From: Casimicrobiaceae bacterium
GTDB lineage: Bacteria; Pseudomonadota; Gammaproteobacteria; Burkholderiales; Casimicrobiaceae
Length of the DNA stretch: 64,000 nt
Direction: 5' to 3'
NCBI GenBank assembly: GCA_035541655.1
Contig: DATKMY010000155.1
Coordinates: 9,398-73,397, forward strand
The translations under genes and the position numbers were made by a program. The notes beneath the pieces are model-generated. The model was not told the origin of the DNA. It ran no database searches and saw only the letters and a program-made list of their open reading frames with translations. Position 1 is the first letter of the stretch; each line of letters opens with the position of its first letter. This document shows, in pieces, positions 47,005-55,453 of the stretch.

Positions 47005-48540
47005 CTACATCACGGCGCCCACGTACCACGGCACGAACTCGCTCTGGCCGTAGCCGTGCCGCTCGCTCTTGCTCTTCGTGCCCGACGCCGTGTCGAGCAT
47101 CAGACGGAAGAGCCTCTTGGCGATCTCGTCGACGCTCGCCGTGCCGTCGGCGATCTCCCCGCAGTTCAAGTCGATGTCCTCTTCCTGCTTCGCCCACAGC
47201 GCGCTGTTCGTCGAGAGCTTGAGCGATGGCGAGGGTGCGCAGCCGTACGCGGAACCCCGTCCCGTCGTGAAAACGATCATGTTCGCGCCGCCGGCGACCT
47301 GCCCCGTCGCCGACACGGGGTCGTACCCGGGCGTATCCATGTAGACGAAGCCCTTCGCCGTCACCGGTTCGGCGTACTCGTAGACGTCGACGAGGTTCGT
47401 CGTCCCGCCCTTGGCCACGGCACCCAGCGATTTCTCGAGGATGGTCGTGAGGCCGCCCGCCTTGTTCCCCGGCGACGGGTTGTTGTTCATCTCGCCGCGC
47501 TCGCGCTGGGTGTAGTCCTCCCACCACTTGATACGCGCGATCAATTTCTCGCCGACTGCGCGCGAGACCGCGCGGCGCGTGAGCAGGTGCTCGGCGCCGT
47601 AGATCTCCGGCGTCTCCGACAGGATCGCCGTGCCGCCGTGGCGAACCAGCAGATCGACGGCGGCGCCGAGCGCCGGATTGGCGGTGATCCCCGAGTAGCC
47701 GTCGGAGCCGCCGCACTGCAGCCCGACGGTGATGTGCGAGGCGGGCACGCGCTCGCGCGTGACGCGATTCGCATGGGGGAGCATCTCGCGTACGATGCCG
47801 ATGCCGTGGGCGATCGTCTTCGCGGTGCCGCCGGTGTCCTGGATGCTGAACGTGCGCAACAGCGGGCCCTCCTTCAGGTTCTGGGCGCCGAGGAGCGAGC
47901 TGATCTGGTTCGCCTCGCAACCCAGGCCGACGACGAGCACGCCCGCGAAGTTCGCGTGCCGCGCATAGCCGCCGAGCGTGCGGCGCAAGAGAGTCATGCC
48001 GTCGCCGTGGGTGTCCATCCCGCAGCCCGAGCCGTGCGTCAGCGCGACGACGCCGTCGACGTTCGCGTACTTCTCACCGCCGGCTGCGAGCGCTTCGCCG
48101 CGGAAGTGATCGGCGATGCCGCGAACGACGGTGGCCGAGCAATTGACCGTGGAGAGCAGGCCGATGTAGTTGCGCGTGGCCACGCGTCCGTCCGGCCGGA
48201 CGATGCCCATGAACGTCGCCGGCGGATCGACGTAGCGCGTCGGCTTGGCGTCGACGCCGTACGCATAATCGCGCTCGAACTCGCCCATCGCGAGGTTGTG
48301 CAGGTGGACGTGCTCCCCCGGCGCGATGTCGCGCGATGCGAAGCCGATGATCTGGTTGTAGCGGCGAACGGGCGAACCGGCGCTGATCGAGCGGGTGGCG
48401 ACCTTGTGGCCCGGCGGAACGAGGCCGGACACGGTCACGCGCTCCTCGGCGAGCAGCGTCCCGCCGACCAACTGCGTGCGCGCGATGACGACGTCATCGT
48501 TCGGATTCAAACGAATCGTGAGCGAAGTGCGTGTGAGCAT
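47005..48540 (-). CDS. UxaA-family (altronate/galactarate-type) sugar-acid dehydratase
   Basis: 511 aa from ATG 48540. N-terminal SAF domain (NPNDDVVIA...GHKVATRSI), then the large domain (VNCSATV..., GLGCE, QCGGSDGYSGITANP, TTGRGS). Confidence 0.9.
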   Translation of the reverse strand: MLTRTSLTIRLNPNDDVVIARTQLVGGTLLAEERVTVSGLVPPGHKVATRSISAGSPVRRYNQIIGFASRDIAPGEHVHLHNLAMGEFERDYAYGVDAKPTRYVDPPATFMGIVRPDGRVATRNYIGLLSTVNCSATVVRGIADHFRGEALAAGGEKYANVDGVVALTHGSGCGMDTHGDGMTLLRRTLGGYARHANFAGVLVVGLGCEANQISSLLGAQNLKEGPLLRTFSIQDTGGTAKTIAHGIGIVREMLPHANRVTRERVPASHITVGLQCGGSDGYSGITANPALGAAVDLLVRHGGTAILSETPEIYGAEHLLTRRAVSRAVGEKLIARIKWWEDYTQRERGEMNNNPSPGNKAGGLTTILEKSLGAVAKGGTTNLVDVYEYAEPVTAKGFVYMDTPGYDPVSATGQVAGGANMIVFTTGRGSAYGCAPSPSLKLSTNSALWAKQEEDIDLNCGEIADGTASVDEIAKRLFRLMLDTASGTKSKSERHGYGQSEFVPWYVGAVM

Positions 48541-48605
48541 GTCGATGCTCCTTTCGTGCCTATCGTTATCGTAGATGCAGGCGACGACGCGCAGTCCGTC
48601 GTCGG

Positions 48606-49631
48606 TTACGCGTAAACGACCTGGACTTTGGTGCTCTGCGTCTTGTCCTTCGCGAGCTCGAACGCCTTGACGGCGTCGCGCAGCGGGAACTGCCCGCTGA
48701 TCAGCGGCCGGACGTCGACACGGCGCGTCGACAGATACGAGACCGCCCAGTCGAACTCGATCCCCCAGCGGAACGCGCCGCAAAGATCGAGCTCCTTCGC
48801 CATCAGCTCGTTGACGACGAAGGGGAGCGGCTCGTGCGGCAGCGTGCCGACCTGGACGATGCGCGCGCCCTTCTTCGCCGCGCCGACGCAAGCTTTGAGC
48901 GCGGCGAAGCTTCCCGACACTTCGAAGGCGACGTCGAATTGCGGCGAGGCGAACGCTTCGGGCTCGCGATCGGCGCGGATCACGCGATCGGCGCCGACGT
49001 CGCGCGCCTGCTCGAGGGGCCGCTCGAGGATGTCGCTCACGGTGACCTTCGCCGCGCCGCCGAGCCGCGCCGCCATCACGGCGAGACAGCCTATCGTGCC
49101 CGCGCCGGTGATCAGCACCGACTTGCCGAGGAGATCGCCGGCGCGATGGACCGCGTGCAGCGCTACCGCCAGCGGCTCGGCGAATGCAATCTCGCCGAGC
49201 GACACATCGCTCGAGACCGGGTAGCACTGCCGCTCGCCCATCACGAAATATTCCTGGAACATGCCCTGGACATGCGGGAAGAGACTGGCGCTGCCGAGGA
49301 ACTTCATGTTCGTGCAAAGCTGCTCGCGACCCTCGCGGCAGTAGTCGCAACGGCCGCAGGCGTGCGAAGGGCTCACCGCGATCTTGTCGCCTTCCCTGAC
49401 GCGCGTGACGCCCGCCCCGACGCGCGCGACGACGCCCGAGGCTTCGTGTCCGGGGATCAGCGGCTCGCGGATCACGAAGCTGCCGTTGCGGCCCTCGAAG
49501 TAGTAGTGGAGGTCCGAGCCGCAGATGCCGCCCGCGCCGAGGCGCACCAGCACCTCTCCGGCACCGACGGGAGGCACTTCGGCGGTCTCGATTCGCAGGT
49601 CCTCCTTCGCGTGGATCGTGCATGCCAGCAT
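48606..49631 (-). CDS. zinc-dependent MDR dehydrogenase (L-idonate 5-dehydrogenase / sorbitol dehydrogenase-like)
   Basis: 341 aa from ATG 49631 with an AGGAG SD. GICGSDLHYY, GHEASGVV, structural-Zn Cys cluster CGRCDYCREG..C, and the nucleotide-binding motif GAGTIG. Confidence 0.85.
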   Translation of the reverse strand: MLACTIHAKEDLRIETAEVPPVGAGEVLVRLGAGGICGSDLHYYFEGRNGSFVIREPLIPGHEASGVVARVGAGVTRVREGDKIAVSPSHACGRCDYCREGREQLCTNMKFLGSASLFPHVQGMFQEYFVMGERQCYPVSSDVSLGEIAFAEPLAVALHAVHRAGDLLGKSVLITGAGTIGCLAVMAARLGGAAKVTVSDILERPLEQARDVGADRVIRADREPEAFASPQFDVAFEVSGSFAALKACVGAAKKGARIVQVGTLPHEPLPFVVNELMAKELDLCGAFRWGIEFDWAVSYLSTRRVDVRPLISGQFPLRDAVKAFELAKDKTQSTKVQVVYA

Positions 49632-49663
49632 GATTTTTCGCTCCTGATGAATCCGGCGGTGGA

Positions 49664-50374
49664 TCAGTGCAGGCTGTCCCAGCCCGTCGAGAATCGCTTG
49701 TAGGCCTGCGTGAGGTGGCGTTGCATTGCGCCGCGCGCACCGGCGGCGTCGTGCGCGGCGATCGCAGCGAGTATCGCGCGGTGCTCGGTCATCGCCGCGA
49801 CCCAGAGCGACGGCGAGTCGTAGTGATGCTCGAGCTGTTTGTACAAGGGTCCCGTGCGCTCCTCCCACAGCATCTTGACGACGGCAACGAGCGCGCCGTT
49901 TCCCGTAGCCTCTGCGATCCGGATGTGGAAGAGCTGATCCCCGGCGAGCGGCTGCGTGTGCGCGTCGAACTCGCGCTGCATGAGTGCCGCGGCATCCTCG
50001 ATCGCTGCGATCTGCGCCTTTTTCGCCGACTTCGCGGCGAGCGCCGCGCATTCCGCCTCGATCACGTGCCGCGCGCGCAGCAGTTCGAACGGCCCGGCCG
50101 CAGCATGGACTGCAGCGGCCTCGCTGTCGGCGCGCGCTGCCGCCGCGCGCTGTACGTAGATGCCGGAACCGATCCGCACCTCGACCAGCCCCTCGACTTC
50201 GAGCGCGATAAGCGCCTCGCGGACCGACGGCCGGGAAACGCCGAGCTGCTTTGCGAGATCCCGCTCGGGCGGCAAACGCGACCCCGGCGCGTACTCGCCG
50301 GAGCGGATGAGGCCACGGATCTGCTCGGCGATCTGGCGATAGAGCCGGCGGGGCTCGATGCTCTGGAACGGCAT
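49664..50374 (-). CDS. GntR family (FadR/FCD subfamily) transcriptional regulator
   Basis: N-terminal wHTH LPPERDLAKQLGVSRPSVREALIALEVEGLVEVRIGSGIYV plus a helical FCD domain. Confidence 0.9.
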   Translation of the reverse strand: MPFQSIEPRRLYRQIAEQIRGLIRSGEYAPGSRLPPERDLAKQLGVSRPSVREALIALEVEGLVEVRIGSGIYVQRAAAARADSEAAAVHAAAGPFELLRARHVIEAECAALAAKSAKKAQIAAIEDAAALMQREFDAHTQPLAGDQLFHIRIAEATGNGALVAVVKMLWEERTGPLYKQLEHHYDSPSLWVAAMTEHRAILAAIAAHDAAGARGAMQRHLTQAYKRFSTGWDSLH

Positions 50375-50414
50375 GGGCTGGCGGGCGGGATGCGCCTTCG
50401 TGGAAGGGGCGGCG

Positions 50415-50452
50415 CGCCTACGGGGAACGGGGTCGCCTACGGGGAACGGGCT
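50415..50452. repeat. 19-bp tandem direct repeat (CGCCTACGGGGAACGGGGT / CGCCTACGGGGAACGGGCT)
   Basis: Read directly; 18 of 19 positions are identical. Lies 41-78 nt upstream of the GntR-family gene start. Confidence 0.95.
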
Positions 50453-50508
50453 CGGATCGTCGCGAAGGCGCGTGTTTGGAAGCCTAGCCTGCCACCTCGC
50501 AACTGGTC

Positions 50509-50525
50509 AAGTGGTATTACCAATT
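50509..50525. promoter_or_regulatory. PdhR/LldR-like FadR-subfamily operator candidate (AAGTGGT-ATT-ACCAATT)
   Basis: Core TGGTATTACCA is a perfect inverted repeat. The right half-site ACCAATT equals the recalled PdhR/LldR half-site, and the left half matches 5 of 7. Lies 135 nt upstream of the GntR-family gene. Confidence 0.45.
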
Positions 50526-50535
50526 GGAGCCGACC

Positions 50536-50613
50536 TCGATGGCGCTCGGCGAGCCGCGGATCCTCGGCCAGATGAAGGACGCGGCGCGTCATGCCGAAAC
50601 GGCGGGCGGGGTC
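50536..50613 (+). pseudogene. hemA: internal fragment of a glutamyl-tRNA reductase (hemA) gene
   Basis: Translation SMALGEPRILGQMKDAARHAETAGGV matches the strongly conserved HemA segment (recalled as LDSMVLGEPQILGQ[MV]KDA.R.AE.AG). There is no HemA-like sequence before or after it. Confidence 0.5.
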
Positions 50614-50667
50614 GCTGCCGACGCCATCCCGGGTCAGGGCTCATCGAGTACCCACCGGCCTCAGGGC

Positions 50668-51828
50668 TCAGCGTTCGTCGCCGACGAGCCCCGCCGCGCG
50701 GTGGAATCCCGTGTTCGCAGCCGGGACGCCACAATAAATCGCGGCGATCAGCAGCACTTCCTTCAGCTCGGACTCGGAGAGCTCCGCGGCGAGACCGGCC
50801 TTGACGTGCATGTCGAACTCCTCCCAGCGCGCTTGCGCGATCAGCATCGCGAGCACGAGGAGCCGGCGTGTGCGGTCGTCGAGCACATTGCGCGTCCAGA
50901 TCTCTCCCCATGCGTAGCGGGTGATCAGATCCTGGAACTCGGCATTGAACGGGGTCACCTGCTTGATGCGCGCGTCGACGTAGCTCGCCCCGAGGACCTC
51001 GCGGCGGCGGGCGAGGCCGACGGCGTAGCGGTCGCGCTCGGTCACGGGCGCCCCGCCCGCCAGAAATTCGAGGGCCGCGTGGGTGAACACGCCCGTGGCT
51101 TCGGGGAGCGGGATGTGGGCCGAGATCAGCTCGACGCAGCGGGCGCCGGGAATCGCCGCAGCGATTGCCGTCCCCATCTCCTTCGGCGTCGCGACGTCGC
51201 GGGCGCCGGTGATCACCAGCGTGGGCACGCGGATCGACGCCAGCTCAGGCGTGAGGTCCATGTCCCGAATCGCCGCGCAGCAGCCGATGTAGCCGCCGGG
51301 ATCCGCTGCGAGAAACGCCGCGCGCGCGCTCGCAAAGCTCGCGTCTGCGAGGGCGAGGTAGCGCGGCGTGAACCAGCGCTGAAGAACGGTGTCGACGATC
51401 GCCTCGATCCCGCCGGCGCGGATCCTGGCGATCCGCTCGGCCCAGGCCGTCGCCGACATCTTCGCGGAGGTGTTCGACAGGACCAGCTTCTCGACGCGAT
51501 CGCCCGCGTGAATGCCCAGCCACATTCCCACCATGCCACCGAGCGAGATACCCGCGTAGCTGAAGCGTCGCGCACCGGCGGCGTCGGCCACGGCCAGCGC
51601 GTCGCCTGCAAGATCGGCGAGCGTGTATTCGCCGGCGGGCGCCTCGGAGGCGCCGTGCCCGCGCCAGTCGAACGACAACACGCGAAACCGCTTCGTGAGC
51701 GCCGGGAGCGCGGGCACCCAGAGCGCGTGCTCGGTTCCGAGCGAGTTCCCGAGCAGGAGCGGCGGCAACGCGGGGTCGCCGTCGCTGCGCCAATAGAGAC
51801 GCGCACCGTCGCGAGTGACAAGAGGCAC
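50668..51828 (-). CDS. bifunctional 3-oxoadipate enol-lactonase / 4-carboxymuconolactone decarboxylase (PcaD-PcaC fusion)
   Basis: 386 aa from GTG 51828, with an AGGGAGGA SD 8 nt upstream. N-terminal alpha/beta hydrolase (GISLGG nucleophile). C-terminal carboxymuconolactone decarboxylase domain (ITRYAWGEIWTR...IAAIYCGVPAA). Confidence 0.85.
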   Translation of the reverse strand: MPLVTRDGARLYWRSDGDPALPPLLLGNSLGTEHALWVPALPALTKRFRVLSFDWRGHGASEAPAGEYTLADLAGDALAVADAAGARRFSYAGISLGGMVGMWLGIHAGDRVEKLVLSNTSAKMSATAWAERIARIRAGGIEAIVDTVLQRWFTPRYLALADASFASARAAFLAADPGGYIGCCAAIRDMDLTPELASIRVPTLVITGARDVATPKEMGTAIAAAIPGARCVELISAHIPLPEATGVFTHAALEFLAGGAPVTERDRYAVGLARRREVLGASYVDARIKQVTPFNAEFQDLITRYAWGEIWTRNVLDDRTRRLLVLAMLIAQARWEEFDMHVKAGLAAELSESELKEVLLIAAIYCGVPAANTGFHRAAGLVGDER

Positions 51829-51987
51829 GATTGCGGTTCCTCCCTGCGCCGATTGTCGATCATTTCCACCCGCCCCGCCATCGCGTGCGCCGGCGGGGAT
51901 GCGAGCCCCGATCGGCAGCGTACAATCTCGCCGGTTCGCCGGGCCGGGAAGCGAGCCGTCGAACAGGCTAAGAGGAGCGCGGGGCAA

Positions 51988-52743
51988 ATGAGCGGACGAC
52001 TGCAGGGCAAGATCGCGCTGATCACCGCGGCCGGACAGGGGATAGGCTACGCGACCGCACTGGCGATGGCGGCCGAAGGGGCACAGGTCCACGCGACCGA
52101 CGTCAATCCGAAGCTCGTGGAGAAGTTCGCCGGCGTGAGCGGCATCACGGCGAGCGTTCTCGACGTTCTCGACGATGCTGCGATCGGGAAGCTCGCGGGA
52201 GGCCTGCCGCCGCTCGACATCCTCTTCAACTGCGCAGGCTACGTCCATCACGGGACGATCCTCGAATGCGCGCCGAAAGACTGGGAGTTCAGCTTCAACC
52301 TGAACGTGCGCGCGATGTACGTGACGATCAGGGCCGCGCTGCCGAAGATGCTCGACAAGTACGCGCGGACGGGCCGCGGCTCGTCGATCGTCAACATGGC
52401 GTCGATCGCATCGAGCGTCAGAGGGCTGCCCAACCGCTTCGTGTACGGCGCTTCCAAGGCGGCCGTCATCGGCCTCACGAAGTCGATCGCCGCCGACTTC
52501 GTGACGAAGGGCATCCGCTGCAACGCGATCGGACCCGGGACCGTCGACACGCCCTCGCTCGCGGAGCGCATCAGCGCGTTCCCCGATCCCGTCGAAGCGC
52601 GCAAGATGTTTATCGCCCGCCAGCCGATGGGGCGTCTCGCGAGGGCCGAGGAGATCGCGCCTCTGGTGGTCTTCCTCGCGTCCGACGAAGCTGCGTTCGT
52701 CACCGGTAACATGTATTCGTGCGACGGCGGGATGACGATTTGA
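51988..52743 (+). CDS. SDR oxidoreductase, BDH2/DHRS6 / 2-keto-3-deoxy-L-fuconate dehydrogenase-like
   Basis: 251 aa from ATG 51988 with an AGAGGAG SD. KIALITAAGQGIGYATALA, YGASKAAVIGLTKS, and CNAIGPGTVDTPSL closely resemble the BDH2/KDF-dehydrogenase subgroup (from memory). Confidence 0.85.
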   Translation: MSGRLQGKIALITAAGQGIGYATALAMAAEGAQVHATDVNPKLVEKFAGVSGITASVLDVLDDAAIGKLAGGLPPLDILFNCAGYVHHGTILECAPKDWEFSFNLNVRAMYVTIRAALPKMLDKYARTGRGSSIVNMASIASSVRGLPNRFVYGASKAAVIGLTKSIAADFVTKGIRCNAIGPGTVDTPSLAERISAFPDPVEARKMFIARQPMGRLARAEEIAPLVVFLASDEAAFVTGNMYSCDGGMTI

Positions 52744-52863
52744 AAGCCGGACGAGTGCTTCGGATAACGACCGCTGGCTGCGTTGCTGCACCTTGCCACC
52801 GGCCGCTCTCCTCGCCTTCCATCCGGCTTTCTCGCTTTCCACTTCCAACAGAAGGAGACTGAA

Positions 52864-53721
52864 TTGAAACTGGTACGTTACGGTCCCGCAGGCAAGGAGA
52901 AGCCCGGCCTCATCGACGCCGAGGGCAAGCTACGCGACCTCTCGCGCAAGGTGGGCGACATCGACGGCGCCGCGCTCGCGCCCGCCAGGCTGAGGGAGCT
53001 CGCGAAGCTCGACGCGAAGAAGCTGCCGCTGGTGAAGGGCCGCCCGCGCCTCGGCCCCTGTGTGGCGACCCCGTCGAAATTCGTCGCGATCGGACTCAAC
53101 TATACCGATCACGCGAAGGAGACCGGCTCGCCGATTCCGGAGCACCCGGTGGTGTTCTTCAAGTCGACGACCTGCATCGTCGGACCCAACGACAACGTGA
53201 TGATCCCGAAGGATTCGACGCAGCTCGACTGGGAGGTCGAGCTCGGACTGGTCATCGGCCGCACGGCGCGCCACGTTTCCGTCGCCGACGCGCTCAAGTA
53301 CGTCGCGGGCTATTGCATCGTCAACGACGTCTCCGAGCGCGACTTCCAGCTCAAGAAGAGCGCGAGCCAGTGGAACAAGGGCAAGGGCTGCGACACGTTC
53401 GGCCCGATCGGGCCGTGGCTCGTCACGACCGACGAGATCCGCGACCCGCAGAATCTCGACCTGTGGCTCGATGTCAATGGCGAGCGCAGGCAGACCGGCA
53501 ACACGCGCACGATGATCTTCGGCGTCGCGTCCGTGGTCGCCGACGTCTCGAAGTACATGACGCTCCTTCCCGGCGACGTGATCACGACCGGGACGCCCCC
53601 GGGCGTGGGCATGGGGATGAAGCCGCAGACGTGGCTCAAGGCAGGCGACGTGATGACGCTGGGCGTCAGCGGCCTGGGCGAGCAGAAGCAGAAGGTCGTT
53701 CCGTTCAGGGCCGGCCGCTGA
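52864..53721 (+). CDS. fumarylacetoacetate hydrolase (FAH) family protein
   Basis: 285 aa from TTG 52864 with an AAGGAG SD 6 nt upstream. GLNYTDHAKE, DWEVELGLVIG, and LLPGDVITTGTPPGVG are FAH-family hallmarks. Confidence 0.85.
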   Translation: MKLVRYGPAGKEKPGLIDAEGKLRDLSRKVGDIDGAALAPARLRELAKLDAKKLPLVKGRPRLGPCVATPSKFVAIGLNYTDHAKETGSPIPEHPVVFFKSTTCIVGPNDNVMIPKDSTQLDWEVELGLVIGRTARHVSVADALKYVAGYCIVNDVSERDFQLKKSASQWNKGKGCDTFGPIGPWLVTTDEIRDPQNLDLWLDVNGERRQTGNTRTMIFGVASVVADVSKYMTLLPGDVITTGTPPGVGMGMKPQTWLKAGDVMTLGVSGLGEQKQKVVPFRAGR

Positions 53722-53756
53722 CGAAAGCGCTTCCCGGGCGGCTGCAGGCGCGAGCG

Positions 53757-54731
53757 ATGGGTCCCGATACCGCGAACCGCACTGAGGTTCTCTTTCCGGA
53801 GATCGACCCCTTTGCGACGGGCCGGCTCGCCGTGGACGCCAGACACGCGCTGTACTGGGAGACGTGCGGCAATCCCGACGGCGTGCCGGTCGTCTTCCTG
53901 CACGGTGGCCCGGGCGGCGCGTCGCTGCCGCATCACCGGCGCTACTACGATCCGTCGTTCTGGCGGATCGTGCTCTTCGACCAGCGGGGCGCAGGACGCT
54001 CGACGCCGCCCGCGGACTTGACCGACAACACGACGCAGCATCTCGTCGCCGACGTCGAGCGCCTACGCGAGCATCTGCGTATCGACAAGTGGCTGCTCTT
54101 CGGCGGATCGTGGGGATCCACTCTCGCGCTCGCATACGCGCAAGCCCATCCCGAGCGCTGCCGCGGTCTCGTGCTGCGCGGAATCTTCCTCGCGCGTCCC
54201 TCGGAGCTCGACTGGTTCATGCACGGGATGCGCATCGTGTTTCCCGAGGCATGGCGCGCGTTCGTCGAATTCCTTCCGGCCAACGAGCGCGCCGACATCC
54301 TCGCGAGCTACTATCGCCGGCTCACCCATGCCGATCCTGCCGTGCACATGCCGGCAGCGCTCGCGTGGGACCGCTACGAAGGCTCGTGCTCGAAGCTCCT
54401 GCCACCCGCCGACCCGATGCCGAGCTTCGACAGCGACGCCTCCACGCTCGCGATCGCGCGGATCGAGGCGCACTACTTCGTCCATCGCGCGTTCCTCGGC
54501 GACGACCAGCTGCTCGCGAACCTGTTCCGCATCCGCCACCTGCCCTGCACGATCGTCCAGGGACGCTACGACATCATCTGTCCGCCGGTGACCGCCGACA
54601 CGCTCGCGCGAGCGTGGCCCGAGGCCGAATACATCGTCGTTCCCGACGCCGGCCACTCGGTGCGCGAACCCGGAATCGCCCGCGAGCTGGTCGCGGCGGT
54701 CAAGCGGATGCAGCTGCGCGCGCGCCGCTAG
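53757..54731 (+). CDS. pip: prolyl aminopeptidase (proline iminopeptidase)
   Basis: 324 aa. LYWETCGNPDGVPVVFLHGGPGG, FDQRGAGRS, nucleophile GGSWGSTLAL. Confidence 0.85.
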   Translation: MGPDTANRTEVLFPEIDPFATGRLAVDARHALYWETCGNPDGVPVVFLHGGPGGASLPHHRRYYDPSFWRIVLFDQRGAGRSTPPADLTDNTTQHLVADVERLREHLRIDKWLLFGGSWGSTLALAYAQAHPERCRGLVLRGIFLARPSELDWFMHGMRIVFPEAWRAFVEFLPANERADILASYYRRLTHADPAVHMPAALAWDRYEGSCSKLLPPADPMPSFDSDASTLAIARIEAHYFVHRAFLGDDQLLANLFRIRHLPCTIVQGRYDIICPPVTADTLARAWPEAEYIVVPDAGHSVREPGIARELVAAVKRMQLRARR

Positions 54732-54734
54732 CGC

Positions 54735-55361
54735 CTAGCGCGCAACACGCTCCGGAGGCTCCATCGCAGGCGGGTCGGGGGCGCGCACCGCCCGAATCGA
54801 GAACCGAAGCGCGACCTCGTCGCCCACCAGCGGATAGGCGAACGACATCCCGAACGCGCTGCGCGAGATGCGACCGGACACCGAGGCGCCGCAAGCGTCG
54901 CTCCCGCGCCCGCCGTCCGCTCCGCAGTCCATCCCTGCGACCTCGAAGCGCACCCGCCGCGTGGCGCCGTGCAGCGTCATCTCACCGTCGACGGCGACGA
55001 GCCGCGAGCCTTCGAAGTCGAGATGCGTCGAGCGAAAGCGGATCGACGGGTAGCGTTCCGCGTCGAACATCAGGTCGCTCTTGAGGAACGCGTCGCGCAG
55101 GTCCCAGCCGGTGTTGACAGAGCCGACGTCGACGACGAAGTCGATGCTGCCGGAGTGGCGCTCGGAATCGAGCGTGATCTGCCCCCAGGTCAAATCGAAG
55201 CGTCCCTCGTGAGTGCCGATGCCGAAGCTCGACACGGCAAATCCGACATTGGTCCGGTCGGTCGCCACGCGAAACGTCGCGGGCGCGGCCGTGGATACGC
55301 CGGACACCGCGAAGACCCCGATCGCGAGCACCACACCGCGCCAGCCGATTCTCATTGCCAC
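54735..55361 (-). CDS. YceI family periplasmic protein
   Basis: Signal peptide, and a YceI-like lipid/polyisoprenoid-binding barrel pattern (FDAERYPSIRFRST...). Has an atypical Gly/Asp/Cys-containing insertion (GMDCGADGGRGSDACGA). Confidence 0.75.
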   Translation of the reverse strand: MAMRIGWRGVVLAIGVFAVSGVSTAAPATFRVATDRTNVGFAVSSFGIGTHEGRFDLTWGQITLDSERHSGSIDFVVDVGSVNTGWDLRDAFLKSDLMFDAERYPSIRFRSTHLDFEGSRLVAVDGEMTLHGATRRVRFEVAGMDCGADGGRGSDACGASVSGRISRSAFGMSFAYPLVGDEVALRFSIRAVRAPDPPAMEPPERVAR

Positions 55362-55453
55362 ACCGTCCGTTCGCCAGGATCGCCGCGCTGTTCCCGCCCG
55401 GAGATCGCGCCGCGTGCGCTATCAACAGCCGCCGCGCACCGGCTATTCCGGCA

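Noticed and set aside
50375-51987. Mobile element or genomic islet explaining the hemA relic and the out-of-context pcaD-pcaC gene.
   Set aside because: I could find no integrase, transposase, terminal inverted repeats, flanking direct repeats or tRNA target. Only the relic itself and the repeats hint at rearrangement, so I report it as a junction and do not call a mobile element.
50524-51987. The N-terminal 488 codons of track ORF 50524..52743(+), considered as one large gene fused to the SDR.
   Set aside because: Beyond the short HemA-like peptide the translation is Arg/Gly/Asp-rich shadow sequence, antisense to the well-supported pcaD-pcaC gene. The SDR has its own SD and ATG at 51988.
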